Shown here in pieces: positions 26,606 to 38,419 of a DNA stretch of 64,000 bases (its first letter is position 1; each line of letters starts with the position of its first letter). The stretch spans positions 337 through 64,336 of the forward strand of contig WRAI01000008.1 of the NCBI GenBank assembly GCA_009780275.1. Reading direction: 5' to 3'. A program made the position numbers and the translations under genes. Source of the stretch: Oscillospiraceae bacterium. Lineage in GTDB: Bacteria; Bacillota; Clostridia; Oscillospirales; UBA929. Below the pieces are notes generated by a model. The model was not told where the DNA came from and did no database searches. It worked only from the letters and a program-made list of their open reading frames with translations.

Positions 26606-26749
26606 ACAAATCGCCTCCTAAGGCATTGTATGCCAAACGAAGCGCTTATGCCCCGAGCAGATAGTATGGAATCACGCCTTTCAACGTGTATGGCTTATAC
26701 GATCAACCACAAAAGGTTTGAACGCGTTCGCTGCCTATTCAACGCAACT

Positions 26750-27259
26750 CTACCCCAACAACCACTGGAACGCCGCCGCGCCACTATAACTAATCACCGT
26801 TAAAATCGCGGCACAAACTATTACCCCGCCAAAAATAGGCGGCATAGCTTCTTTTAATGACATATTGAGCAATGCTGCGACCAGTGACCCCATCCACGAC
26901 CCTGTGCCCGGCAACGGCAATGCACCAAAGAAAAATAATCCCTGCCGCTTATATTTCAATACTTTTTCCGACTTCTTTAATGCCTTTTCCTCAGTTCGTT
27001 CTACCCAAGCACCAAATCGACCCCATTTCTTTAACCATGCAAAAATGCGTTTGATGAATACGATAATAAAGAACACGGGGAAGAAATCTCCCACAACAGC
27101 GACAGGAAAAACAATATACCAAGGCAACCCCAACACAAGTGCACCAAACGGAATGCTGGCACGCACTCCCACCATTGGCGTCAACGAAACAATAAATACG
27201 AGGAGCATTTGTCCCGCTGTTGAGCTCATTAGCCATGTCTCTTGTAACCAAGTAATCAT
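26750..27259 (-). CDS. Small multidrug-export-like (COG2426-type) membrane protein
   Basis: About 169 aa with 4-5 TM helices. The sequence pattern PFGALVLGLPWYIVFPVAVVGDFFPVFFII resembles that family. The start is at ATG 27259 (RBS AAGGAAG), and the tuf terminator occupies 27275-27304. Confidence 0.55.
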   Translation of the reverse strand: MITWLQETWLMSSTAGQMLLVFIVSLTPMVGVRASIPFGALVLGLPWYIVFPVAVVGDFFPVFFIIVFIKRIFAWLKKWGRFGAWVERTEEKALKKSEKVLKYKRQGLFFFGALPLPGTGSWMGSLVAALLNMSLKEAMPPIFGGVIVCAAILTVISYSGAAAFQWLLG

Positions 27260-27319
27260 AGAATACTTCCTTGCAAAACGCCCCCTAATCATAGGAGGCG
27301 TTTGTTGAATTTTAAGTTC

Positions 27320-28519
27320 TTAGCCCTCGATTTCGGAAACAACGCCCGAACCAACGGTACGACCACCTTCACGGATAGCAAAACGTAGACCTTTTTCGAT
27401 AGCAATCGGCGTAATCAGTTCAACACCGATGGTAACATTGTCACCCGGCATACACATCTCAACACCGGCAGGCAATTCGATAACGCCGGTAACATCGGTT
27501 GTACGGAAATAGAACTGCGGACGATAGTTACCGAAGAACGGGCTGTGTCGACCGCCTTCTTCTTTCGACAGGACGTATACTTCGCCTTTGAACTTGGTGT
27601 ACGGCTTAATTGAACCGGGCGCAGCAAGCACTTGACCGCGCTCGATGTCAGTTTTGGCAATACCGCGCAACAACAGTCCGGCATTGTCACCCGACTCAGT
27701 TTCATCCATCTCTTTACGGAACATTTCAACACCCGTAACAACGGTTTTTTGCGTGTCGCGGATGCCGACAATTTCAACTTCCGAACCTTTTGTCAAGCGG
27801 CCACGCTCAACACGGCCGGTCGCAACCGTGCCACGCCCGGTGATGGTGAAAACATCTTCTACGGGCATCAAGAACGGCAAATCAACCAAACGTTCCGGCG
27901 TCGGGATGAATTCATCAACAGCTGCCATCAAGTCCATAATGCACTTGTACTCGGGTGCGTTTTGGTCTGTCGAAGGCGATTCCAACGCAATTTTAGCCGA
28001 ACCGCGGATAATTGGCGTATCGTCACCAGGGAAATCATACTTGTTGAGCAGGTCACGAATTTCCATCTCAACCAGCTCCAACATTTCTTCATCGTCAACT
28101 TGATCAGCTTTGTTCAAGAAAACAACGATGTGCGGCACGCCAACCTGACGAGCAAGCACGATATGCTCACGCGTTTGAGGCATCGGACCGTCAGCCGCGC
28201 TGACAACCAAAATTGCGCCGTCCATTTGCGCCGCACCGGTGATCATGTTTTTAACGTAGTCGGCGTGGCCGGGGCAGTCAACGTGAGCATAGTGGCGGTT
28301 TGCCGTCTCATACTCAACATGAGCAGTACTGATGGTAATACCACGAGCTTTTTCTTCTGGTGTTTTGTCAATTGCATCATACGCGCGGAATTCGGCTTGA
28401 CCGCCAAACGACAGCACTTTTGTGATTGCCGCTGTGGTGGTGGTTTTACCATGGTCAACGTGACCGATGGTGCCGATGTTAACGTGTGGTTTATTACGTT
28501 CGAACTTTTGCTTAGCCAT
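27320..28519 (-). CDS. tuf: Elongation factor Tu
   Basis: [27 protein letters not shown]..., [12 protein letters not shown]. Confidence 0.98.
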   Translation of the reverse strand: MAKQKFERNKPHVNIGTIGHVDHGKTTTTAAITKVLSFGGQAEFRAYDAIDKTPEEKARGITISTAHVEYETANRHYAHVDCPGHADYVKNMITGAAQMDGAILVVSAADGPMPQTREHIVLARQVGVPHIVVFLNKADQVDDEEMLELVEMEIRDLLNKYDFPGDDTPIIRGSAKIALESPSTDQNAPEYKCIMDLMAAVDEFIPTPERLVDLPFLMPVEDVFTITGRGTVATGRVERGRLTKGSEVEIVGIRDTQKTVVTGVEMFRKEMDETESGDNAGLLLRGIAKTDIERGQVLAAPGSIKPYTKFKGEVYVLSKEEGGRHSPFFGNYRPQFYFRTTDVTGVIELPAGVEMCMPGDNVTIGVELITPIAIEKGLRFAIREGGRTVGSGVVSEIEG

Positions 28520-28629
28520 GGGGTGAATCCTCCTTAGTTTTCATGTCCTTTTGTGATTTATAAATTATTGTATACGATGAGGGAATTTTTGTCAAGGGGG
28601 AAATTTGCCCCGCCTTGTATACGGCAGCT

Positions 28630-30705
28630 CTACTCTTTCCCTGCGATCAGTTTCTCCGTCACACTCTTAGGTAGCTCAGCATAATGACTGGGCTCCATAG
28701 TATACTGTCCGCGCCCTTGCGTGTTGGACCGCATCGACGTCGCGTAACCAAACATTTCGCTCAACGGCACATCGGCGTTGATAATCGTACCGCCGGAGCG
28801 TGCGTCCATCGACCGCACCATACCGCGCCGCGCCGTCAAATCGCCGACAATGGCACCGGTATAATCATCAGGAATGGTAACGCTGACTTTCATAATGGGT
28901 TCCAACAGCACCGGGTCGGCTTTTTTCGCGGCGTCTTTGAACGCCATCGAACCGGCGATTTTGAATGCCATCTCACTACTGTCAACTTCATGATACGAGC
29001 CATCATGCAGTGTGACTTTAACATCAACCACGTTGTAGCCCGCCAGGCCGCCCGACAGCATCGCACCCTGAATACCGGCATCAACAGCACCAATATACTC
29101 CTTGGGAATGGCACCGCCAACGATTTTGTTGACAAACTCGTAGCCTTTGCCCGATTCATTCGGCTCAATGTCAATTTTAACATGACCAAATTGGCCTTTA
29201 CCACCCGACTGGCGCGCATACTTCATATCCGAACTTGACGCACGGCGAATGGTTTCTTTGTACGCAACTTGCGGTTTACCAACATTGGCTTCGACCTTAA
29301 ATTCACGCAACAGTCTGTCAACAATGATTTCAAGGTGAAGTTCGCCCATACCGGCGATGATGGTTTGACCCGTTTCCTCGTCGGTATACGCACGGAAAGT
29401 CGGATCTTCTTCCGCCAATTTCGACAATGCAATGCCCATTTTTTCCTGACCTGCCTTGGTACGTGGCTCAATGGCTACGCGGATAACAGGCTCAGGGAAT
29501 GTCATTGATTCGAGGATAATCGGTTTCTTTTCATCGCACAGCGTGTCGCCTGTCGTGGTATTTTTAAGGCCAACGGCCGCTGCGATGTCACCGGCATAAA
29601 CCACGTCGATATCACTACGATCATTTGCGTGCATTTGCAAAATACGGCCGATACGCTCGCGATTGTCTTTCGATGAATTATACACCGCCGAACCCTGTGC
29701 CAACGTGCCCGAATAGACACGGAAGAAGCATAATTTACCGACATAGGGGTCGGTCATAATCTTAAACGCCAGCGCACTGAACGGCGCGTCGTCGCTGCTT
29801 GGACGGCTGTCTTCCTGTTCAGGGTCATCAGGATTCACACCTTTGATATCCTCAACATCAGTCGGTGCGGGCATATACTCAATAATAGCGTCAAGCAAAA
29901 GCTGCACACCTTTATTTTTATACGATGTGCCGCATAACACGGGGATCATTTTAACGGCGATGGTGGCTTTGCGAATGGCATCACGGATTTTCTGCTCGTC
30001 GATAACTTCACCTTCGAGATACTTCTCCATAATTTCATCGTCAAAGTCGGCCACGGCTTCCAACATTTTTCCGCGGTATTCCTCTGCTGTGTCTTGCAAA
30101 TCAGCAGGGATTTCCTCAATACGAATATCTTTGCCCAAATCGTCATAATAGACATGTGCTTTCATGCCGATAAGGTCGATAATGCCTTTGAAGTCGCCCT
30201 CGCTGCCAATAGGCAACTGAATGGGTATCGCATTACATTTCAGGCGGTCAATCATCATTTCAACCACGTTGTGGAAATCGGCTCCCGTAATATCCATTTT
30301 GTTGATATACGCCATACGCGGTACATTATAGTTATCCGCCTGACGCCACACCGTTTCCGATTGTGGTTCAACACCGCCTTTGGCACACAATACCGTCACC
30401 GAGCCATCCAATACGCGCAAGCTACGCTCAACTTCAACGGTGAAATCAACGTGACCCGGTGTATCAATGACATTGATGCGGTGATCTTTCCATTCGCAGG
30501 TGGTCGCCGCGCTGGTAATGGTAATGCCGCGCTCTTGCTCTTGTTCCATCCAGTCCATGGTGGCATTGCCCTCATGGGTTTCGCCAAGTTTGTAGTTCTT
30601 GCCAGTGTAGAACAAAATGCGTTCCGTTGTCGTGGTTTTTCCCGCGTCAATATGCGCCATAATGCCGATATTGCGGGTTTTTTCCAGGGATGTCTGTCTT
30701 GACAT
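28630..30705 (-). CDS. fusA: Elongation factor G
   Basis: [33 protein letters not shown], 691 aa. Confidence 0.98.
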   Translation of the reverse strand: MSRQTSLEKTRNIGIMAHIDAGKTTTTERILFYTGKNYKLGETHEGNATMDWMEQEQERGITITSAATTCEWKDHRINVIDTPGHVDFTVEVERSLRVLDGSVTVLCAKGGVEPQSETVWRQADNYNVPRMAYINKMDITGADFHNVVEMMIDRLKCNAIPIQLPIGSEGDFKGIIDLIGMKAHVYYDDLGKDIRIEEIPADLQDTAEEYRGKMLEAVADFDDEIMEKYLEGEVIDEQKIRDAIRKATIAVKMIPVLCGTSYKNKGVQLLLDAIIEYMPAPTDVEDIKGVNPDDPEQEDSRPSSDDAPFSALAFKIMTDPYVGKLCFFRVYSGTLAQGSAVYNSSKDNRERIGRILQMHANDRSDIDVVYAGDIAAAVGLKNTTTGDTLCDEKKPIILESMTFPEPVIRVAIEPRTKAGQEKMGIALSKLAEEDPTFRAYTDEETGQTIIAGMGELHLEIIVDRLLREFKVEANVGKPQVAYKETIRRASSSDMKYARQSGGKGQFGHVKIDIEPNESGKGYEFVNKIVGGAIPKEYIGAVDAGIQGAMLSGGLAGYNVVDVKVTLHDGSYHEVDSSEMAFKIAGSMAFKDAAKKADPVLLEPIMKVSVTIPDDYTGAIVGDLTARRGMVRSMDARSGGTIINADVPLSEMFGYATSMRSNTQGRGQYTMEPSHYAELPKSVTEKLIAGKE

Positions 30706-30717
30706 TTCTTGTTCTCC

Positions 30718-31188
30718 TTACCAGCGGTAATGCGCGAATGCTTTATTTGCCTCCGCCATTTTGTGCATATCTTCGCGTTTCTTAACGGCACTACCGGTTT
30801 CGTTTAGTGCGTCGAGCAACTCAGCCGCCAATTTTTCGCGAATAGTACGTTCACTGCGCTTGCGGGCACAATCGGTCAACCAGCGCAGACCTAATGTTGT
30901 ACGGCGCTCGGGACGCACTTCCACCGGGACTTGATACGTCGAGCCGCCAACACGGCGCGCTTTGACCTCCAATGCCGGCATGATGTTCTCCAATGCCTCG
31001 GTAAACGCTTCCAACGGCTCTTTACCGCTCTTTTCGCGCACGATGTCAAAGGCACCATACACGGCTTTTTGCGCCACACCTTTTTTGCCATCAAGCATGA
31101 TGGAATTGATTAGCTTGGTCACCAACTTTGAGTTGTAGACCGGATCGGGCAACACATCCCTCTTGGGGATAAAACCTCTTCTGGGCAC
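30718..31188 (-). CDS. rpsG: 30S ribosomal protein S7 (GTG start)
   Basis: [28 protein letters not shown]... RBS GAAGGAGGG upstream of GTG. Confidence 0.97.
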   Translation of the reverse strand: MPRRGFIPKRDVLPDPVYNSKLVTKLINSIMLDGKKGVAQKAVYGAFDIVREKSGKEPLEAFTEALENIMPALEVKARRVGGSTYQVPVEVRPERRTTLGLRWLTDCARKRSERTIREKLAAELLDALNETGSAVKKREDMHKMAEANKAFAHYRW

Positions 31189-31539
31189 GTTGCTTCCCTC
31201 CTTCTAAAATTTTAGAGCTCCTCGGTACTCGGAACGATAAAATCGCCCCGTTGTGCCTTGCCCGACATTTCGTAGAGGCAAACTGCGTTCACCCACGAAC
31301 GCAAACAGCGCGTCCCTACATAATATCTAAAACAAGGCATAAACCTTGCGTCTAATTTCGTTTATTTCGCGATTGTATCACGTCTCATATACGGCGACTA
31401 CTCATCGAAATTTCAGTCTTTCAACTTCCGACTCCGTTAGCTTGTTTCTGGCGTTTCGTTTGCGACGAAAGCCGACAGTTTCCAACTACATGAAAGTTTA
31501 CAGACACGCCAAATTTTGTCGACCGCCTATTCAGCGTTT

Positions 31540-31956
31540 CTACTTCGCTTTGGGCTTCTTAGCACCATACTTCGAGCGCGACTGCTTGCGATTTGCGACA
31601 CCGACTGTGTCGAGTGTGCCGCGAATGATATGGTAACGGCAACCCGGCAAATCTTTGACACGACCGCCGCGAATCATCACCACGCTATGTTCCTGCAGCG
31701 TGTGACCCACGCCTGGAATATAGGCTGTGACCTCAATACCATTGCTCAAACGCACACGCGCCACTTTACGCAGAGCCGAATTCGGCTTCTTAGGCGTTTG
31801 CGTACGCACAACAGTACAGACACCGCGCTTTTGCGGCGACGAATGGTCAGTCGCGCGATTTTTCAGTGTGTTAAGACCCACTTGCATGGCCGGTGCGGTC
31901 GACTTGTATGTCACCTTCTCGCGCCCCTTGCGCACCAATTGGTTAAATGTTGGCAT
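31540..31956 (-). CDS. rpsL: 30S ribosomal protein S12
   Basis: [14 protein letters not shown]...[16 protein letters not shown]. Confidence 0.98.
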   Translation of the reverse strand: MPTFNQLVRKGREKVTYKSTAPAMQVGLNTLKNRATDHSSPQKRGVCTVVRTQTPKKPNSALRKVARVRLSNGIEVTAYIPGVGHTLQEHSVVMIRGGRVKDLPGCRYHIIRGTLDTVGVANRKQSRSKYGAKKPKAK

Positions 31957-32103
31957 AATCTTCCTCCTTCCTTCAATGCTTGTTCGCGTTTTATTGCACG
32001 CAGACAGTTACTATACACCAAAATCAACCTATTGTCAATAGCCCGCCTCTCACTTTACACAAAAAACTTCTATAAAATTTTTCAAAAAAATGCGTTTGAG
32101 CTG

Positions 32104-32132
32104 TTGACAAATTATATTCTTTGCGATACACT
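32104..32132 (+). promoter_or_regulatory. nrdD promoter TTGACA-17 nt-TACACT
   Basis: TTGACA at 32104-32109 and TACACT at 32127-32132. Confidence 0.55.
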
Positions 32133-32174
32133 ACATATACGATTGCGCTGCGACGCCACCACAACATATTGCGC
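32128..32174 (+). promoter_or_regulatory. Tandem NrdR boxes
   Basis: ACACTACATATACGAT (32128-32143) and CCACAACATATTGCGC (32159-32174). Centres are 31 bp apart and box 1 overlaps the -10. Confidence 0.6.
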
Positions 32175-32236
32175 TTTATGTTATCCGACGATTTGGCGCA
32201 AGGTTTACTGTTTCTATTTAAAAAGGAGTGTTACAC

Positions 32237-34594
32237 ATGACAGAGAGAGTTTTGGCCGTTGATGCCATTAAGAAAAGGGATGGGCGGGTTGTTGGATTCG
32301 ACTGCCAGAAAGTCGCGCGCGCAATGGAAAAAGCTTTTTTCGCCACTTGCGGCTCGGAACGTTCCGATGTCGCCCACAAATTGTCGTTGCAAGTTTACGA
32401 TGTCCTGCTCGCCAACCCCCACACAACACCTGATGTCGAAGGCATACAAGACATCGTTGAACAAGTTTTGATGGACAACGGGCATGTGCAGACCGCCAAG
32501 GCATACATATTATACCGCGCTCAACGCAGCCGTCAACGCGAAATGAACACCTCATTGATGAAAATTTATGAGGACATTTCATTCAGCGACGCGGCAACAA
32601 GTGACGTCAAGCGCGAAAACGCCAACATTGATGGTGATACCGCCATGGGTACTATGCTTAAATACGGTACTGAGGGCGCTAAGCAATTCTATGATATGTT
32701 CATGCTCAACCCCGAACATTCGGCGGCGCACAAAGAAGGTGACATTCACATCCACGACCTCGACTTCTACGGTTTGACGACGACATGCTGTCAAATCGAT
32801 ATCATCAAATTGTTCAGCAACGGCTTCTCAACCGGGCACGGTACGCTGCGCGAGCCGAACCATATCTCCTCTTACGCCGCGCTGGCTTGTATCGCTATCC
32901 AAGCAAACCAAAATGACCAGCACGGTGGACAGAGTGTTATGAATTTCGACTACGGCCTTGCTTTGGGTGTCGCCAAAACGTATGCCAATATGTATGCCGA
33001 CGCGATGAGCAATGCGCTTGAATTACTTGGCGGCATTGAAAATGCACGTGAGATCGCTAAGGCAACGCAGGCGCGAATACTTGAATCAGCCAACCTCAAA
33101 CCGGTGATTGCCAACGACAACGGCTATGCTGACCATGAAGCAGCCTTGTTGCTCTCACATGTTGACGACGAGAAACTTGTTGTCAAGATGCAAACTTTCG
33201 CCCGCAAGCAAGGTGAGAAAGAAACCGAACGCGCCACATACCAGGCCATGCAAGCACTGGTGCACAATCTCAATACCATGCACAGCCGCGCCGGTGCACA
33301 AACGCCGTTCTCCTCCATTAACTACGGCATGGACACCAGCCCCGAAGGCCGCATGGTTATCCGCAATGTGCTGTTGGCGACCGAAGCAGGCCTTGGGCGC
33401 GGCGAAACGCCGATTTTTCCCATCCATGTCTTCCGTGTCAAGGAAAGCATCAACTACAATCCCGGCGACCCGAGCTACGATTTGTTCCAATTGGCCTGTC
33501 GCGTCAGCGCCAAGCGGTTATTCCCCAACTTCGCTTTTGTCGACGCACCATTTAATCTAAAATTCTACAAGCCCGATGACCCAAATACCCACGTATCATA
33601 TATGGGCTGCCGCACACGCGTATTGTCAAACGCTTACGACCCCACCAAAGAAATCAGCGGCGGGCGCGGCAACCTATCTTTCTCGAGCCTCAATCTACCA
33701 CGTATGGCCATTAAAGCCAATCGCAATGTCACGCAATTTTTCGAGGAACTCGACCGCAAAATTGACATGCTTATCGAGCAGATGTATGAGCGGTACGAGG
33801 TGCAAGCCAAAAAACGCGTGTACAACTTCCCATTCCTGATGGGGCAAGGTGTATGGCTTGACTCCGAAAAGCTGGGCCCCAACGACACGATTGGCGAAGT
33901 GCTAAAACACGGTACGCTATCAATGGGCTTTATCGGATTAGCCGAAACACTGGTGGCATTGACCGGTTCACATCACGGCGAATCTGAAATCGCCCAAAAT
34001 TTAGGTTTGGAAATCATCGGCCATATCCGTGCGCGACTGGATGCCGAGAGCAAAAAGCGCGGCATGAACTTCACGTTGCTCGCCACGCCTGCAGAGGGCT
34101 TATGCGGCCGGTTTGTCAAACTCGACAAAAACCGTTATGGCGAAATTACCGGCGTGACTGACAAAGACTTTTACACCAATAGCTTCCACATTCCCGTTGA
34201 ATTTGACATCGGCATTTACGACAAAATTCAACTCGAAGCCCCCTACCACGCACTGACCAACGCAGGGCATATCACCTACGTTGAACTTGACGGCGACACG
34301 GCGCGCAACCCCGAGGCGTTTGAGAAAGTCATCCGCATTATGAAAGATGCGGGCGTGGGTTACGGTTCAATTAACCACCCTGTCGACCAAGATCCCGTTT
34401 GCGGCTTCTCCGGCATTATCGACGACGAGTGCCCGCAATGTGGTCGCACCGAAGCTGACGGGCAGGGCGAATTTGAACGCATCCGCCGCGTCACCGGCTA
34501 CCTTGCCGGCTCGATTGAGCGGTTCAACAATGCCAAACGCGCCGAAGAGCGCGCCCGAATCAAGCATGAAAAGGCCTGTTTAAGCGAAGTGTAG
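32237..34594 (+). CDS. nrdD: Anaerobic ribonucleoside-triphosphate reductase (class III)
   Basis: N-terminal ATP-cone, a large catalytic core, a C-terminal Cys cluster (CGFSG...CPQCG) and the glycyl-radical tail RRVTGYL. ATG 32237 lies 8 nt after AAGGAG. Confidence 0.93.
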   Translation: MTERVLAVDAIKKRDGRVVGFDCQKVARAMEKAFFATCGSERSDVAHKLSLQVYDVLLANPHTTPDVEGIQDIVEQVLMDNGHVQTAKAYILYRAQRSRQREMNTSLMKIYEDISFSDAATSDVKRENANIDGDTAMGTMLKYGTEGAKQFYDMFMLNPEHSAAHKEGDIHIHDLDFYGLTTTCCQIDIIKLFSNGFSTGHGTLREPNHISSYAALACIAIQANQNDQHGGQSVMNFDYGLALGVAKTYANMYADAMSNALELLGGIENAREIAKATQARILESANLKPVIANDNGYADHEAALLLSHVDDEKLVVKMQTFARKQGEKETERATYQAMQALVHNLNTMHSRAGAQTPFSSINYGMDTSPEGRMVIRNVLLATEAGLGRGETPIFPIHVFRVKESINYNPGDPSYDLFQLACRVSAKRLFPNFAFVDAPFNLKFYKPDDPNTHVSYMGCRTRVLSNAYDPTKEISGGRGNLSFSSLNLPRMAIKANRNVTQFFEELDRKIDMLIEQMYERYEVQAKKRVYNFPFLMGQGVWLDSEKLGPNDTIGEVLKHGTLSMGFIGLAETLVALTGSHHGESEIAQNLGLEIIGHIRARLDAESKKRGMNFTLLATPAEGLCGRFVKLDKNRYGEITGVTDKDFYTNSFHIPVEFDIGIYDKIQLEAPYHALTNAGHITYVELDGDTARNPEAFEKVIRIMKDAGVGYGSINHPVDQDPVCGFSGIIDDECPQCGRTEADGQGEFERIRRVTGYLAGSIERFNNAKRAEERARIKHEKACLSEV

Positions 34595-34595
34595 T

Positions 34596-35081
34596 ATGAC
34601 TTTACGAATTAATGCCCGCATCAACGAAACCATCGCCGACGGCCCCGGCTTCCGCTACGCCATTTACACGCAAGGCTGCCTACACAACTGCGAAGGCTGC
34701 CACAATCCCGAAGCCCTAACCCCCGACGGCGGCTATGACATTGACCTCGCAGTCATTTTAGCCGAAATCGACGGCAACCCGCTGCTGGACGGCATTACGC
34801 TGTCCGGCGGCGAGCCGTTCTTGCAAATCGAGCCGCTTGTTGACCTCTGCCGCATCGTACGGGCCAAAGGCTTGAACATTTGGGCGTTTTCCGGTTGGAC
34901 ATTTGAGGAGCTTTACGCCGATGAACACAAGCGGCAGCTTTTAGAGCTGTGCGATGTAGTTATCGACGGGCGGTTTATGCTTGCCGAGCGGACGCTGACG
35001 TTGCCATGGCGCGGCAGCGAAAATCAACGAGTGATTGATGTCCCTGCAAGCCTGCGCGATGGGGTTGCTGTGACGTTATAG
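34596..35081 (+). CDS. nrdG: Anaerobic RNR activating protein (radical SAM)
   Basis: GCLHNCEGCHN cluster motif, 161 aa, immediately after nrdD. Confidence 0.9.
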   Translation: MTLRINARINETIADGPGFRYAIYTQGCLHNCEGCHNPEALTPDGGYDIDLAVILAEIDGNPLLDGITLSGGEPFLQIEPLVDLCRIVRAKGLNIWAFSGWTFEELYADEHKRQLLELCDVVIDGRFMLAERTLTLPWRGSENQRVIDVPASLRDGVAVTL

Positions 35082-35147
35082 GCAATACAATGTCCAAGAC
35101 TATGCATGTAATTAGGTTCAACGAAAAAACGCCCTACGAGACGATTT

Positions 35148-35744
35148 TTACTCCCAATTGCCTTGTGTATACCGTGTGTCCAGCATATCGCTAATACCTG
35201 CTAATAACATTATAATCCCTTGCACACGGTGCGGCTGCACGATGTAACTGCCGCGATTGTTGCTGTCCTCAACGACCAGGTCGGCGGCAAGCAGCGGTTT
35301 TAAGTGATGGTATACTTGTCCGGTGGTGTTATAGCCGCATTGCTCAACAAGCTGTGCAACGGTACGCGGCGCACGGAGCAATGCCAATAACATATTCAAC
35401 CTGTCGTTGTTGCCAATGCACGCCAACACCTTTGTTGCGACATTACTTTCGATGAGTGCGAGTAAATTGTCGGTACTTGCTTGCTTGGTTATCCAGTTCG
35501 ATTGCCTGCCGCCCGACGCAAACACACCTAGATACGTAATTGCGCCGCTATTACCGTCGTTATCGACTTTTTCACAATGTTCCTCCATCAGAATGGACAG
35601 TCGCTCATCAGGGTGCATTTTTTCCATTGGTTCGACGTGTTTCCATTCTTTTGTTGGTTGTTTTGACGTTCTCATCAACAAGCCTTTGATTTCGTCAAGC
35701 TGTTCGCGGATGCTGTCGATTTCTTTGCCATAGTTGCGCTCCAT
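35148..35744 (-). CDS. ArsR-type winged-helix regulator with an N-terminal extension
   Basis: The C-terminal half has RLNMLLALLRAPRTVAQLVEQCGYNTTGQVYHHLKPLLAADLV. Confidence 0.65.
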   Translation of the reverse strand: MERNYGKEIDSIREQLDEIKGLLMRTSKQPTKEWKHVEPMEKMHPDERLSILMEEHCEKVDNDGNSGAITYLGVFASGGRQSNWITKQASTDNLLALIESNVATKVLACIGNNDRLNMLLALLRAPRTVAQLVEQCGYNTTGQVYHHLKPLLAADLVVEDSNNRGSYIVQPHRVQGIIMLLAGISDMLDTRYTQGNWE

Positions 35745-35889
35745 AGTGACCTCCTGATAATATTGATTTACGCATTAGCATAATATCATATTACCATACC
35801 TCCGCACATTCGTCAATGCGTTTATTCGTATTTTCGTAAATTGTTTTCGCGTGATTTGTTAACGCTCCTAATAAATACTATCCAAAACC

Positions 35890-35918
35890 AAAAGGGACGG
35901 CTCACGCCGTCCCTTTCT
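35890..35918 (-). terminator. Terminator after the fused ABC transporter gene
   Basis: GGGACGGC-TCAC-GCCGTCCC with a T-rich tail on the minus strand. Confidence 0.65.
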
Positions 35919-35929
35919 CTTTCTCTCAA

Positions 35930-38305
35930 TTATTCGGTTCTAAGTGCCACCACCGGGTCTTTCTTAGCCGCCATCTTCGACGGAATAAAGCCCGCCAATA
36001 ACGTCAAGCCAATACTGCCCAGCACCAAAACGGTTGCCGACACAACCGGCAGACTTGCAATGCTCGGCACTTCGACCATGCTGTACACAACGGCGTTGAT
36101 TGGAATGGTCAGTAAGAAGGCGATGCCAACCCCTAACAAACCCGCGCCCAGCCCAATCAGAGCCGCTTCAGCGTTAAACACGCGTGAAATATCTTTCTTA
36201 CGCGCACCGACGGCACGCAAAATGCCAATCTCCTTCGTGCGTTCCAACACCGACACATAGATGATTATAGCAATCATAATCGTCGAAACAAACAGCGAAA
36301 TGGCGGTAAAAGCAATCAACACCGCGCTGATAACGCCAAGTATGGCTGTGATCATGCCCGCAATCATCGCGCCCGGGTCATCGTAAAGAATCTGCTCCTC
36401 CTCGGCGCGACCCTCGTTCCACGCATCTAAATATTCTAAGATGACGTCTTTGCCCTCATAGTTACGCGGATAAATCAACATAAATATAGGGTCGGCATTA
36501 TACCCTAAAAATTGCAGTAACGGCGTGCGCAACTCTTCTGTCGCGTCGAGATAAAGAGGCGTGCCGGCTTGGACTTCACTGCCGGGGCCACCAATATCTA
36601 CATTGACAAGAACGTAATCGCTATCGGCTTGCGCTTCGGCAATACGCCCGGCATTGTCCAGCACAAGCTGCGTCAGTGACGGCAGATACAATAGCCCCGG
36701 ATGAATCATCTCCAATGGCATATTCACACCCTCACGCATCCGCAGTACGCCGACAACTTCCAATTGCAGCCCCTCGTCAAACAAGCGATCAAACTCACCG
36801 GCTTGCGGTGTCGCGAAAAAACCGCTATCCAATTCTTCATACCAGTCGTCGTTAAAGACAAGACTCAGTGGTGTTGCACCAATGAAGTCAGTCAGCTCCA
36901 AGCTGTCACTGTCGGTAAAGAATCCCAATCGTGTAAAGAAACGATGGTCAATGCGGTTGTATTCGTCAACAACCAGCAAAATCTCATGCGGTTCAGTCGG
37001 CATACGGCTGTCCTCGCCAATCAGTTCATAAAGCGACAGCACAAAGTCCGGATTGTCGGGCATTTCTTGCCAAAAAGCACTGATGCTCATTGACGTCATG
37101 CCCATGGGTATATGTGAGCGGTCAAAAATAATCGTTGTGTCTTCACCGCGCGCCAGCAAATTCATATTGACAAGCCGCAGCCAACTCTGAGCGTGAACGG
37201 CGTCGGGGTGTAACTCACTCAGTGCCGCCACATAATCAAAGTACTCTTGTGTCAAGACATTGGTGTGCGTGCGCATATTCTCCATACGATCCCAACGATA
37301 GACAATATTATCCTCCGTAAAGGCCTCCTGTCCGTTTTCAAAGCCTTGCATCATAGCTTCCATATCCATCGGGTTTTCCGAAATCACGAGGGGAAAATTG
37401 GCTAACGCCTCGGATTGCATAGTATCAATGTAATTGCCCATACCAGCCGACAACGCCAACACCAGTGCAATGCCAATGATGCCGATGCTGCCCGCAAACG
37501 CCGTAATCAATGTGCGTCCACGCTTAGTCATCAAATTCTTAAACGACAGCGCCGTTGCCATGACAAACGACATTGAGGTTTTCTTAAATTTCGCGGGTTG
37601 CGCCGCTGTCGCCACTTCATCATCAACAACAGGGTTGCTGTCCGATTGCACCTCACCGTCAAGTAAGCGGATAATACGCGTACTGTACTCATCAGCCAAT
37701 TCAGCATTGTGTGTCACCATAATAACCAAACGTGTTTTAGCAATTTCTTTCAAAATCTCCATAACTTGTGTGCTGGTCTGGCTGTCAAGTGCCCCCGTCG
37801 GCTCATCGGCCAAAATGATATCTGGATTATTGATCAACGCCCGCGCAATGGCAACGCGTTGCATCTGCCCACCCGACAGTTGGTTAGGCTTTTTACGAAA
37901 CTGGTCACCCAGGCCTACATCAATAAGTGCCTGTTTGGCGCGCTTGCGACGCGCCCGTGCCGAAACGCCCGACAACGTCAGCGCAATTTCAACATTTTGC
38001 AGCACCGTTTGGTGGCCGATGAGATTATAGCTTTGAAATACAAAGCCAACTGAACAGTTGCGATAGGCATCCCAATCAGCATTTTTGAATTGCTTAGTTG
38101 ATTTTCCACCGATGATTAAATCGCCGCTGTCATAGCGGTCCAGCCCGCCAACAAGATTGAGCAACGTCGTCTTGCCGCAGCCCGATGGACCGAGAATAGA
38201 TACAAATTCACTATCACGAAACGCCATTGACACGCCATTGAGAGCAGTCACCGTTTCAGCAGCTTTGTATGTTTTGCGGATATTTTCGAGTTTCAGTTTG
38301 AGCAT
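35930..38305 (-). CDS. Fused ABC transporter ATPase + FtsX/MacB-type permease
   Basis: N-terminus has [17 protein letters not shown] and [11 protein letters not shown]. There is a long extracytoplasmic region and C-terminal FtsX-like TM helices. Confidence 0.85.
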   Translation of the reverse strand: MLKLKLENIRKTYKAAETVTALNGVSMAFRDSEFVSILGPSGCGKTTLLNLVGGLDRYDSGDLIIGGKSTKQFKNADWDAYRNCSVGFVFQSYNLIGHQTVLQNVEIALTLSGVSARARRKRAKQALIDVGLGDQFRKKPNQLSGGQMQRVAIARALINNPDIILADEPTGALDSQTSTQVMEILKEIAKTRLVIMVTHNAELADEYSTRIIRLLDGEVQSDSNPVVDDEVATAAQPAKFKKTSMSFVMATALSFKNLMTKRGRTLITAFAGSIGIIGIALVLALSAGMGNYIDTMQSEALANFPLVISENPMDMEAMMQGFENGQEAFTEDNIVYRWDRMENMRTHTNVLTQEYFDYVAALSELHPDAVHAQSWLRLVNMNLLARGEDTTIIFDRSHIPMGMTSMSISAFWQEMPDNPDFVLSLYELIGEDSRMPTEPHEILLVVDEYNRIDHRFFTRLGFFTDSDSLELTDFIGATPLSLVFNDDWYEELDSGFFATPQAGEFDRLFDEGLQLEVVGVLRMREGVNMPLEMIHPGLLYLPSLTQLVLDNAGRIAEAQADSDYVLVNVDIGGPGSEVQAGTPLYLDATEELRTPLLQFLGYNADPIFMLIYPRNYEGKDVILEYLDAWNEGRAEEEQILYDDPGAMIAGMITAILGVISAVLIAFTAISLFVSTIMIAIIIYVSVLERTKEIGILRAVGARKKDISRVFNAEAALIGLGAGLLGVGIAFLLTIPINAVVYSMVEVPSIASLPVVSATVLVLGSIGLTLLAGFIPSKMAAKKDPVVALRTE

Positions 38306-38419
38306 GTGTTATAAAATGTCCTTTCAAATGATAGGGGACGATTGCGATCGTCCCACAACTTATATTAGTATATCAAACAAATATTAGCACAATATGAACA
38401 GATAGCCATTGCATATATT

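Noticed and set aside
27632-30702. Long plus-strand ORFs (up to 301 aa) overlapping tuf and fusA.
   Set aside because: They are antisense to two of the most conserved genes known. This is typical of stop-poor antisense frames in GC-rich coding DNA.
31346-32262. Plus-strand ORFs of 96-248 aa across the rpsL region and the nrdD upstream region.
   Set aside because: They are antisense to rpsL or run through the promoter and NrdR-box region. They have no translation signals.
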